A DNA stretch of 35,618 nucleotides from the NCBI GenBank assembly GCA_002269645.1, contig NIVC01004764.1, forward strand, positions 1 to 35,618, written 5' to 3'. Shown piece after piece: positions 10,550 through 22,114 of the stretch (positions are counted from its first letter, which is position 1; every line of letters starts with the position of its first letter). Below the pieces are notes generated by a model that was given only the letters and a program-made list of their open reading frames with translations, ran no database searches and was not told the origin of the DNA. The position numbers and the translations under genes are program-made. The DNA is from Macrostomum lignano (lineage: Eukaryota).

Positions 10550-11297
10550 CGATTGATTGATTGATCGACTGATTAACGAGATTCTTGATTGATTGATTGA
10601 TTGATTGATTGATGTGTGGGCTCTGCCCCAACACCCCAGTGTGGGCTCTGCCCCAACACCCCAGTGTGGGTTCTGCCCCAACACCCCAGTGTGGGCTCTG
10701 CCCCAACACCCCAGTGTGGGCTCTGCCCCAACACCCCCAGTGTGGGCTCTGCCCCAACACCCCAGTGTGGGCTCTGCCCCAACACCCCCAGTGTGGGCTC
10801 TGCCCCAACACCCCAGTGTGGGCTCTGCCCCAACACCCCAGTGTGGGCTCTGCCCCAACACCCCCAGTGTGGGCTCTGCCCCAACACCCCAGTGTGGGCT
10901 CTGTCCCAACACCCCAGTGTGGGCTCTCTGCCCTAACACCCCAGTGTGGGCTCTGTCCCAACAGCCCAGTGTGGGCTCTGCCCCAACACCCCCAGTGTGG
11001 GCTCTGCCCCAACACCCCAGTGTGGGCTCTGTCCCAACACCCCAGTGTGGGCTCTCTGCCCTAACACCCCAGTGTGGGCTCTGTCCCAACAGCCCAGTGT
11101 GGGCTCTGCCCCAACACCCCCAGTGTGGGCTCTGCCCCAACACCCCAGTGTGGGCTCTGCCCGAACACCCCCAGTGTGGGCTCTGCCCCAACACCCCCAG
11201 TGTGGGCTCTGCCCCAACACCCCAGTGTGGGCTCTGCCCTAACACCCCAGAGTGGGCTCTGCCCCAACACCCCAGTGTGGGCTCTGCCCCAACACCC
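10550..11297. repeat. (GATT)n tract (10550-10612) followed by a 25-27 bp minisatellite (GTGTGGGCTCTGCCCCAACACCCCA)
   Basis: About 27 copies. Confidence 0.97.
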
Positions 11298-12334
11298 GAA
11301 CCCGTCCATACCACAAATTGTACACATATTCGAGTTATTTTAATCAGAACCTGACTTCCAATTTTCTGACAGTCACAGTCGGCACGAGTTCCCAATCCAA
11401 TTATTATTAATATTAATAGCAGCAGGACTTAAGGGAACCGCGGAATGCACAACTCTGCCTATGCAGTATAAATATATAGGCTGAGCCAGCCTGACTGCTG
11501 GATTTTATGCATATTATTTAATCGAACTTCCCAGCCCTGCTGGGCTAAAGATTTGGGGTCAGTTAGAATTATATCCCCCCTCCCCTTCGCCCGGGATTAG
11601 GATTCGTGTCCGCGCATCTGCGTGCAGCGCTGCTCCTCTTTGACGGAGAGCCGGAATATTCTATCCTCGTTCGATTTCTGCCCCTTTATCTCTAATATAA
11701 TATTAGATATACTAATCGATGCCGCTATGCCACTTTAATTGGGATGCTGGCCGGGGGGGGGGGCGCTCGGGATAGGGGATCAATTTTCAATTATCCCCGG
11801 CCGGCGCTGGTGGAGGCAAGTGCTGGAGTTGCGTAAAAATAGCTGATGCATATAGCTGAGAGGGGATGAAAATGAACGCTGGGCTTGGGCTGGGATTCTG
11901 GACAGGTTTCTGCGCTCCATCGCTCCTTGCATGCCAGCCTGGGGATCCATCTAGAGAAATCATTAAAGAGACCGCCTAGTCGTGTTTGCGCCCCAGCGCC
12001 GCGATCCCGCTGTGTTTGCCCTTCGCCCTTCCCAATACCCTTCAGCCTGTTTTCTATTATTGATTCTGTGGGGGAATTCTCCCCGCCCTCTCACCCGCCT
12101 GTCCTGCCAGTCTCCTCTCCGATGATGTAGCTTATAATCTGCTGCTGGGAGGCCTCGTAATCCACTCCCGAGTTGAGCTCTGCAGATGCAGTCTGGAGGG
12201 GCTTTGAGTGCGAAGTAACCGAGTGGAGATTCTTTTGTTTGCACAGCGTCAGCCTTGCGTGCTGGCGCTGTTTCCTGTGTCTGCTTGGCTGCGATAGCAT
12301 GTAGCATACGTGTAATCCATTGGTGCCATAAACC

Positions 12335-13075
12335 CAGTTTAAAATGGTTTGTGAAATCCACTTTATAGTGGTTTGTGAAATCCAGTTTATAGCGGTTTGT
12401 GAAATCCAGTTTATAGCGGTTTGTGAAATCCAGTTTATAGTGGCTTGTGAAATCCACTTTATAGTGGTTTGTGAAATCCAGTTTATAGCGGTTTGTGAAA
12501 TCCTGTTTATAGCGGTTTGTGAAATCCTGTTTATAGTGGCTTGTGAGTTCCAGTTTATAGCGGTTTGTGAAATCCTGTTTATAGTGGCTTGTGAGTTCCA
12601 GTTTATAGCGGTTTGTGAAATCCTGTTTATAGTGGCTTGTGAGTTCCAGTTTATAGCGGTTTGTGAAATCCTGTTTATAGTGGCTTGTGAGTTCCAGTTT
12701 ATAGCGGTTTGTGAAATCCTGTTTATAGTGGCTTGTGAAATCCACTTTATAGTGGTTTGTGAAATCCAGTTTATAGCGGTTTGTGAAATCCTGTTTATAG
12801 CGGTTTGTGAAATCCTGTTTATAGTGGCTTGTGAGTTCCAGTTTATAGCGGTTTGTGAAATCCTGTTTATAGTGGCTTGTGAGTTCCAGTTTATAGCGGT
12901 TTGTGAAATCCTGTTTATAGTGGCTTGTGAGTTCCAGTTTATAGCGGTTTGTGAAATCCTGTTTATAGTGGCTTGTGAGTTCCAGTTTATAGCGGTTTTT
13001 GAAATCCTGTTTATAGTGGCTTGTGAGTTCCAGTTTATAGCGGTTTTTGAAATCCAGTTTATAAAAGCTTGTGAA
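12335..13075. repeat. Minisatellite, 24 bp unit (TTTATAGCGGTTTGTGAAATCCAG) with an alternating 48 bp dimer
   Basis: About 30 copies; the CCACTT variant recurs at 12451 and 12739. Confidence 0.97.
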
Positions 13076-13617
13076 ATCGCCCCGCGTGAAAGAGTACATG
13101 TAGACGAAGCGTGAGCAGTGTGCTCCAGACTCTCACTCTGTCCAGGACTCTATGCCCGAAGGCTTTACACATGTAGCTACACTGGAAGTCCCTCGCCAAA
13201 ATTCTCCAACTCTCTCTCTGCAATGTCTCTGCCAGCTGCTGCTACAAGCGCTGCTGATTCGCTTGTTGTAAAAAAACACATTCAGTCTCGCGTGGCGCTG
13301 GGAAAACACTCCCCACACACCCCAACCCCCTTTTAACTCCCCTAAACAGCCGTGCGGAAGAGGCAGCTTAGCGGCGGCATCCCGCCAGACCTGCTGCAAC
13401 TGCTGGGCAGGTAGCATAAGTTGGTGAAGCCTCCTCTACCCTATCGCCCGCTGGATCCCGCTCTTAATCCCCTCGGCTTCTCCCAGCCCCTCCCCTCCCC
13501 CCTCTCTCCTCTTCCCCGTTTCTCCCACTCCGCTATAAAGCTAAAGAGTATCGAAAATGGCCCGCCTGCCCAAACCGCAGTCGCACTTGCAAGTCGAGAC
13601 AATAAAAACTTCTCCGC

Positions 13618-13842
13618 ATGGCTGGCAGGCAGATCTGCTGGTTCCTTTTCGGCATTTCAATATTGCTGACAGCCACCTCAATGGCCATGTTCCTTTACCT
13701 GCTGTGGGCCGGCTCCAGCCTCGGCGGCGACAGCGGCGGCGACGGCTTACTGACGGCACGAGAAGTCGACAGGCTGCGACTGCTGAGCGAGATTCGGGCA
13801 CTTCAGCGGGATGACGGAGTGCTGGATCGGGCTAAGATTTGA
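13618..13842 (+). CDS. Short ORF with one predicted signal-anchor helix; function unknown
   Basis: GC-rich, codon-like. ICWFLFGISILLTATSMAMFLYLLWA is hydrophobic and is followed by a possible amphipathic helix. No family recognised. Confidence 0.35.
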   Translation: MAGRQICWFLFGISILLTATSMAMFLYLLWAGSSLGGDSGGDGLLTAREVDRLRLLSEIRALQRDDGVLDRAKI

Positions 13843-13859
13843 TTGTGGCCAACAGAGCG

Positions 13860-14965
13860 CGGGATTCAGTGCCAGTCTGTGGCTGTTAGAGTGCGGAGTC
13901 AGTGCCAGTCTGTGGCTGTTAGAGTGCGGATTCAGTGCCAGTCTGTGGCTGTTAGAGTGCGGAGTCTGTGCCAGTCTGTGGCTGTTAGAGTGCAGATTCA
14001 GTGCCAGTCTGTGGCTGTTAGAGTGCGGAGTCAGTGCCAGTCTGTGGCTGTCAAAGTGCGGAGTCAGTGCCAGTCTGTGGCTGTTAGAGTGCGGAGTCTG
14101 TGTCAGTCTGTGGCTGTTAGAGTGCGGATTCAGTGCCAGTCTGTGGCTGTTAGAGTGCGGAGTCAGTGCCAGTCTGTGGCTGTTAGAGTGCGGAGTCAGT
14201 GCCAGTCTGTGGCTGTTAGAGTGCGGAGTCAGTGCCAGTCTGTGGCTGTTAGAGTGCGGAATCTGTGCCAGTCTGTGGCTGTTAGAGTGCGGAGTCAGTG
14301 CCAGTCTGTGGCTGTTAGAGTGCGGAGTCAGTGCCAGTCTGTGGCTGTTAGAGTGCGGAGTCTGTGCCAGTCTGTGGCTGTTAGATTGCGGAGTCAGTGC
14401 CACTCTGTGGCTGTTAGAGTGCGGAGTCAGCGCCAGTCTGTGGCTGTTAGAGTGCGGAGTCAGTGCCAGTCTGTGGCTGTTAGAGTGCGGAGTCTGTGCC
14501 AGTCTGTGGCTATTAGAGTGCGGAGTCAGTGCCAGTCTGTGGCTGTTAGAGTGCGGAATCTGTGCCAGTCTGTGGCTGTTAGAGTGCGGAGTCAGTGCCA
14601 GTCTGTGGCTGTTAGAGTGCGGAGTCAGTGCCAGTCTGGCTGTTAGAGTGCGGATTCAGTGCCAGTCTGTGGCTGTTAGAGTGCGGAGTCAGTGCCACTC
14701 TGTGGCTGTTAGAGTGCGGAGTCAGTGCCAGTCTGTGGCTGTTAGAGTGCGGAGTCAGTGCCAGTCTGTGGCTGTTAGAGTGCGGAGTCAGTGCCAGTCT
14801 GTGGCTGTTAGAGTGCGGAGTCAGTGCCAGTCTGTGGCTGTTAGAGTGCGGAGTCAGTGCCAGTCTGTGGCTGTCAGAGTGCGGAGTCAGTGCCAGTCTG
14901 TGGCTATTAGAGTGCGGAGTCAGTGCCAGTCTGTGGCTGTCAAAGTGCGGAGTCAGTGCCAGTCT
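13860..14965. repeat. Minisatellite, 33 bp unit (GAGTCAGTGCCAGTCTGTGGCTGTTAGAGTGCG)
   Basis: About 33 copies; one 2-nt deletion near 14637. Confidence 0.98.
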
Positions 14966-15334
14966 ACTTGTACGAAAATCTACTTGTGAATGTAGTTTAA
15001 CCAAAAATCTTCGATCATGTCTTTCACATCTCGGATCAGAAGAAGTGACCTGTGCTGAAGCATTTTATAAATTATATTAATTATTTGAGTCCATTTTATT
15101 TGTTAATACCAGCTACAATACTGGATTCTTTGTGTCTAAAATATACCTATCAGTACAAAAATGTATTTTAATTATGCCGCATTGCCTACTTTAAGTAGTT
15201 TAAATCTAATACGGATTTTGTTCGCTAAAGACGAGCGTTAAGCAGGCGGTCCATTCTGCCTTCACAGCTCCATGGAGGGAATGCGGGCTAAGAAAGTTTG
15301 AGTGAGTGGAAATGGAGTGTGAATGAACCATTCA

Positions 15335-15880
15335 TGAGTGAGTAATGGATGGAATAGGGAGTGAATGAGGAGTAGGGGAGAGAGTGAATGAGGGATGGGA
15401 GAGGGAGTGAATGAGGAGTAGGAGAGAGAGTGAATGAGGGATGGGAGAGGGAGTGAATGAGGGATGGGAGAGGGAGAGGGAGTGAATGAAGGATGGGAGA
15501 GGAAGTGAATGAGGGGTGGGAGAGGGAGAGGGAGTGAATGAAGGATGGGAGAGGGAGTGAATGAGGAGTAGGAGAGAGAGTGAATGAGGGATGGGAGAGG
15601 GAGTGAATGAGGGATGGGAGAGGGAGAGGGAGTGAATGAAGGATGGGAGAGGGAGTGAATGAGGGATGGGAGAGGGAGTGAATGAGGGATGGGAGAGGGA
15701 GAGGGAGTGAATGAGGGATGGGAGAGGGAGTGAATGAGGGGTGGGAGAGGGAGTGAATGAGGGATGGGAGAGGGAGTGAATGAGGGATGGGAGAGGGAGT
15801 GAATGAGGGGTGGGAGAGGGAGTGAATGAGGGATGGGAGAGGGAGTGAATGAGGGGTACGAGAGGGAGTGAATGAGGGGT
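15335..15880. repeat. Purine-rich minisatellite (GGGAGTGAATGAGGGATGGGAGA, with variants)
   Basis: About 22-29 bp units with many G3 tracts. Confidence 0.95.
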
Positions 15881-16167
15881 ATAAAAGAAGAGAAGTTCAA
15901 GAGTGAAATGCATTGAGTTTGAGCTAGGCAAAGGGCATGATTGTTCTCATAGAACTCGCGAACGGTCTGTTAGAAGACTTGATGCAATTGCACTGTAAGA
16001 GGTTGAATAAATGAAAAGTGAGGGAAAAGGATTGAAAACACTCAATGAGGAAGCTGTCCAAATGTACTCTCTGAGTAGGAGCAACATGTGCATTTATATG
16101 TCAGACAAAACCTTCAGAATATTCAATCGTACATAAATTAAATTATAATCACGGGTCTCACCGTGAC

Positions 16168-16940
<773 letters not shown>

Positions 16941-18049
16941 TCTTCTGTCTATCCCTGTGAGGTCTCTTTTGGATTATTGCCTATCCGTAATTAAATTTTC
17001 AGTTTGACTAAAAATTAAAAGAAAAAGCAACAAAAGAGTTAAATGCAAAAAGCCAAAAAATGTCACGAAAGGAAATTCAAAACCGGTTTATTAAAGCCTG
17101 GGAACTCGAGAATAATGGAGACTGGAGGTGAGTGTGAGGTTAGTCGCTCAGGGACAGTTAGCAACAAATGACAGTCCCACCGACCCAACAGTCATGGCTT
17201 GGACTGGCGGGAAACTATCATTCGATACCAACATGGTGTCCGAGTTGCATTGGCCACGCGGAGTTTCAGCCATAGACAACAACTTACTGATCGCTGCGCG
17301 TTCCGGTCCCTCTGTCTCTGTCTTTGTCCGCCGAGTGTTTCTTGCCAGCAAACTGTTGCCGCAGCCCGGAGGAGCCAGGCGCGGGGGCTCGCGGTTTTAA
17401 GCTGATCCGCGGCTCGGGGTGGGGGCGGGAGCACAGCACAGTAACAGCTGCTGCCAGCCCCCTCCACGCGAAAGTGGAGTCAGCAGTCATTTGTGGCAGG
17501 GGTAGTGGGTGGGGCTTACTTGAGCTGCTCACCTCCAACTCACCGTGGCTTCCCCCCTGTTTTAACTCAAGAGATATCCGCCTCTCTCGTATGGGCGCTA
17601 TCGAGCTTCATAGCCAACCCCCCCCCCCAAAAAGGGGGACAATGCCACAGCCCCACAGCACTGCTGCTGCACCGCCTGCTTCCACTAAACAACCCCCCCC
17701 CCGCACAAAGCACCACGACGACGTCTGCTTTGCCTGGCAAGCGGGGAGAGAGAGGCCGGCTGTTAAAAAGTTACGGGCGAGAACCAGATGGCGGAGTCCG
17801 AGGTGATCGCGGGACCCCGGCCCGATTAAGCTTCCCTATTCCTCCGAAGCCCGAAAATTCCAATGCGAGACGCTCAGACAGCTTTAGCGTTCCATTCTTC
17901 TCCCACCCAGTGAATTAGGGAGCTCTAAACTTACAGATTCTGGAAAGGAAACTCATTGCCATTCCCTTCCTTGGTTAACTATAAGGCTTCGAAAAGTTTC
18001 TAGGTGTCTTTTGAAGCAAGCTAAAAACTTCTCGCTTTCAATTGCGGTT

Positions 18050-18480
18050 TCGAGCTTCGAGATTTGAAAGTTTTGAGTTGGTAAAGTTTCGAGCTTGAGA
18101 AGTGGGAAGTTTCGAGCTTGGGAAGTGGCAAGTTTTGAGCTTGGGAAGTGGGAAGTTTCGAGCTTGGGAAGTGGCAAGTTTCGAGCTTGGGAAGTGGCAA
18201 GTTTTGAGCTTGGGAAGTGGGAAGTTTCGAGCTTGGGAAGTGGGAAGTTTCGAGCTTGGGAAGTGGCAAGTTTTGAGCTTGGGAAGTGGGAAGTTTCGAG
18301 CTTGGGAAGTGGGAAGTTTCGAGCTTGGGAAGTGGCAAGTTTTGAGCTTGGGAAGTGGGAAGTTTCGAGCTTGGGAAGTGGCAAGTTTTGAGCTTGGGAA
18401 GTGGGAAGTTTCGAGCTTGGGAAGTGGCAAGTTTCGAGCTTGGGAAGTGGGAAGTTTCGATCTTTGAAGTTTCGAGCTTG
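18050..18480. repeat. Minisatellite, 23 bp unit (GGGAAGTTTCGAGCTTGGGAAGT)
   Basis: Copies at 18104, 18127 and onward. Confidence 0.97.
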
Positions 18481-19229
18481 TAAATTTTTTAGTTTAAGCC
18501 TATACATTTTTAGTTTCTCTAAGATCAGATATGAATTTTCAGCTGATGAAGCTTCAAGTTTCAGTCTTCAGCTTCTTGAAAAAAGAATTGCAGTCGAACA
18601 CGAGTGAAGCTTAACCAAATCAACATTCCACCCCAGATGCCTGAGCAGTTCCAGAACTCCATGCCCCCCCCCAATTCTATATATGAGTATAATAGTTTTG
18701 AGCCGAGGCGCATTATTTGTCAAGGAGGGAAGCGGGAGTGCTGCTTGCTGCTGTATTTGCTCCCCTCCCGGTTTGGAGGGCCGGTGTTAGGGAGCGGGGT
18801 GACGGGGGTATAAGGGGAGACAGCTAAGCTAAGCCTCTATCTTATTCCTTTCTTAATTCTTACACAACTTTTTTTCACAGAACTGCCTGCCCCCCGCTGC
18901 TGCCGCTGGGCCGGCGCCGCTACAAGGGTGAATAAGTGGCAGGGGGACCCCCCAGTCACGCTGCCGGCTCTCCAACTCCAATGAGCAGCCAGCCGTTCTC
19001 AGTGTCGCTATCTACTCGAGCAATTGTTCAGATCCCGTGTGCTACTCGCCACTTCAACTGTTTGAGTTTCAGCGGGGAATTTGTGTCCCTCGATCCCTTC
19101 CTTTCGCGCTCACCGCGCGAGCTCGCCGGCTTATGACTCATTGGCTTGCGGTTGCTATGTCGAATGTGAGATGACCTGTGACTGGGAAGCTGCGTTAAAC
19201 ACTTAGTTGCTGGGGGAAAATGACTCGGT

Positions 19230-19905
19230 TCGTGAAATCAGGGGACTCGGTTTGTGGGGTCAGGGGACTCGGTTTGTGGGGTCAGAGGACTCTGGATCTG
19301 TGGGGGTCAGGGGACTCATTTAAATTGTAGGGATCAGAGACAGCGGGTGTCATAACAGGAGTCAGGGGTGTCATAAGGGAATCAGGGGTGTCATAAGGGA
19401 GTCAGGGGTGTCATAAAAGGGAGTCAGGGGTGTCATAAAGGGGAGTCAGGGGTGTCATAAGGGGGTCAGCGGGTGTCATAAAGGGGAGTCAGGGGTGTCA
19501 TAAAGGGGAGTCAGGGGTGTCATAATGGGGAGTCAGGGGTGTCATAAAGGGGAGTCAGGGGTGTCATAATTGGGTCAGGGGTGTCATAAAGGGGAGTCAG
19601 GGGTGTCATAATGGGGAGTCAGGGCGTGCCATAAAAGGGAGTCAAAGGGTGTCATAATGGGGTCAAGGGTGCCATAAAGGGGAGTCAGGGGTGTCATAAA
19701 AGGGAGTCAGGGGTGTCATAGTGGGGAGTCAGGGGTGTCATAGTGGGGAGTCAGGGGTGTCATAAATATGAGTCAGGGGTGTCATAAATATGAGTCAGGG
19801 GTGTCATCATGGGGAGTCAGGGGTGTCATAAAGGGGAGTCAGGGGTGTCATAGTGGGGAGTCAGGGGTGTCATAAATATGAGTCAGGGGTGCCATCAAGG
19901 GGAGT
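19230..19905. repeat. Minisatellite, about 21-24 bp unit (GAGTCAGGGGTGTCATAAAGGG)
   Basis: Degenerate left edge; G4 tracts. Confidence 0.95.
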
Positions 19906-20408
19906 CACGATTAACCCCATGATGAACTTCAAGGAAGTAACCAAATAAAAAATGAGTGAAAAACATTTACATGATTGACTGATTGACTAATTTATAATGT
20001 AACTGCATGCACGCTCAGTTGCTATGCAGGTAGTTACAGCACATACAGCTAAAGCATTTTTGATTGAGACCACAAGTATACTACTGTTCAGTTTAACAAA
20101 CGTACATACGCAAATTTAGCGAAAATGAATTGCATCAAGAGAATAACAAATTTTTTTTCTTTAAAATTAATCAATACAATACTACAGCAACAGCAATATC
20201 GATGACAATGACGCTAAAGTGCATTTTGTTTCCAAGAAACTACGAGTACAAATATTCCGACTAAAAATACGGGGCGCATTTCAGTTCTAAACTTCAGAAA
20301 CTAAACTACACGTGTAAACTATGTACATCAGTACTAAATTATTAAATAATAATAGCACAGGTGATTGCATTGAGAAATATTTTATTTTTTCTGAAAAAAA
20401 CCGACAGT

Positions 20409-20896
20409 GCGGGTTAATCACGTGACTGAGTACCTACGGGCTAATTTAGGCTAAAAGGCCGCGGGTTGATCACGTGACTGAGTACCTACGGGCTAATTTA
20501 ATTTAGGCTAAAAGGCCGCGGGTTGATCACGTGACTGAGTACCTACGGGCTAATTTAATTTAGGCTAAAAGGCCGCGGGTTGATCACGTGACTGAGTCAC
20601 CTACGGGCTAATTTAGGCTAAAAGGCCGCGGGTTGATCACGTGACTGAGTCACCTGCAGGCTAATTTAGGCTAAAAGGCCGCGGGTTGATCACGTGACTG
20701 AGTACCTACGGGCTAATTTAATTTAGGCTAAAAGGCCGCGGGTTGATCACGTGACTGAGTCACCTACGGGCTAATTTAGGCTAAAAGGCCGCGGGTTGAT
20801 CACGTGACTGAGTCACCTACGGGCTAATTTAGGCTAAAAGGCCGCGGGTTGATCACGTGACTGAGTCACCTACGGGCTAATTTAGGCTAAAAGGCC
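20409..20896. repeat. Minisatellite, 52-57 bp unit, nine copies, each containing TCACGTGA
   Basis: GCGGGTTGATCACGTGACTGAGT(C)ACCTACGGGCTAATTTA(ATTTA)GGCTAAAAGGCC. Confidence 0.97.
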
Positions 20897-20947
20897 CTTG
20901 TTGAGCTGCGAAAACTAAGTTAATTTGATAAACAAATGTAGTCTACT

Positions 20948-20953
20948 TTTATT
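20948..20953 (-). terminator. Candidate polyadenylation signal of the p75NTR-like gene
   Basis: TTTATT on + (AATAAA on -) about 47 nt after the stop. Confidence 0.45.
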
Positions 20954-20999
20954 AAACAGTTATAATATTTTTGTTATAACTGTTTGTTACAACATAGGA

Positions 21000-21040
21000 T
21001 TACACCTGGCACATCTCTTGCAGGCTGGGCTCCTCTGCCA

Positions 21041-21096
<56 letters not shown>

Positions 21097-21352
21097 CCAG
21101 TTTGTCTTGGCTGCGCGCTCTGCCGCCTGCCTGCGCCATGCTGCTGCTGATGCTGCTGCTGATGCTGCCTTTCGGCCAGCTCCTTGAATAGGATCAGCGC
21201 GTCCTTTCGACCGGCCTTCTGTAAGCAGCGACCAAACAGGCCGATGGTGGCGCCGGGACGCTGCGACCAGGTGCGCAGCATCAGCCGGATGGGGCTCTGG
21301 CGAAGGGCGTCGGCTTGGGCCTCGAACTCCTGCACCTCATCGGCTGAGAAGC
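21000..21352 (-). CDS. NGFR: p75NTR-like receptor: death-domain exon with polyQ tail
   Basis: Acceptor TTTCGCAG at 21353, phase 1. FSADEVQEFE..SPIRLMLRTWSQRPGATIGLFGRCLQKAGRKDALILF fits death-domain helices 2-6. Stop TAA at 21000-21002. Confidence 0.88.
21042..21095 (-). repeat. Coding (CAG)18, polyglutamine
   Basis: 18 CTG on +, in frame in the death-domain exon. Confidence 0.93.
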
Positions 21353-21575
21353 CTGCGAAAAAAAATTTTTTTGGTTTTCAGAAATATTTTACTACTTATA
21401 GCCGACTCTACTGATAGTAGCAAGCTGGTAGTTTTCTTTCGGTATAACGGTTTTTATTTTGGTAAGCCATTGTGTCCATTCACAAATCTTTTTCAGTAAT
21501 CTGCTTCTATCCTTCCAGATCCTTTCAGTAATCCGGTTCTACAGTACCCTCCCAGATGAAGGATCCCAGTCTCAC

Positions 21576-21974
21576 CCAGTTCCGTTGCCAGCTCCTTCCA
21601 AGCGGCCGGGTCAGGGTTGTTGCTCAGGATATTCTCCAAGCGCTGGAACCGGGAGTCCGAGATCTCCTTCAACGGCCGGGTGCTGCTGCTGACCGAAGCG
21701 GCCAGAGCTTCGCTGCCGCCGAATCCGCTATCGACGCTGCGTCGTTTTAGCAGCGCCGCAGGCTGGCAGCTGCGCGGCGGCGGGTACATCGGGCTCTGCG
21801 GCGGGATGAGCGCGTTGCTGGCAGGCAGATGCTGCTGGGTCTTGCGGCTGTACGTTCTGCTCCGGAAGTATTTGAACACGATCCAGACGATCAGGCTGAC
21901 GATAATGGCGCCCAGCACGGCGCAGTACACTGGGATCATGTCGTTGCGGCTGCCGGAGTGCCGGCTGACTGGCT
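21576..21974 (-). CDS. NGFR: p75NTR-like receptor: transmembrane, juxtamembrane and start of death domain
   Basis: Acceptor TTTTCCAG at 21975. DMIPVYCAVLGAIIVSLIVWIVFKYF aligns without gaps to human NLIPVYCSILAAVVVGLVAYIAFKRW (recalled). Also SVDSGFG and ..AAWKELATELG. Donor G|GTGAGA at 21575. Confidence 0.9.
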
Positions 21975-22114
21975 CTGGAAAAGTGGCAAAAGAAGAAAAC
22001 TTGCATATTTCAGTATATTTCAGTCAGTATAACTGCTTTTAGTGCCGGGAATGAAAGGCAATGGGAAATTTGCCTATAGATGGCATACATATGGCACTTG
22101 TAGTGTCACTATCA

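Noticed and set aside
6458-15198. 15-bp perfect inverted match (6458-6472 vs 15184-15198) as possible transposon ends
   Set aside because: About one such match is expected by chance in 35 kb. No target-site duplication or transposase is evident.
20409-20896. CRISPR-like regular palindromic repeat
   Set aside because: There are no unique spacers (units are fully repeated), no cas genes, and the context is eukaryotic.
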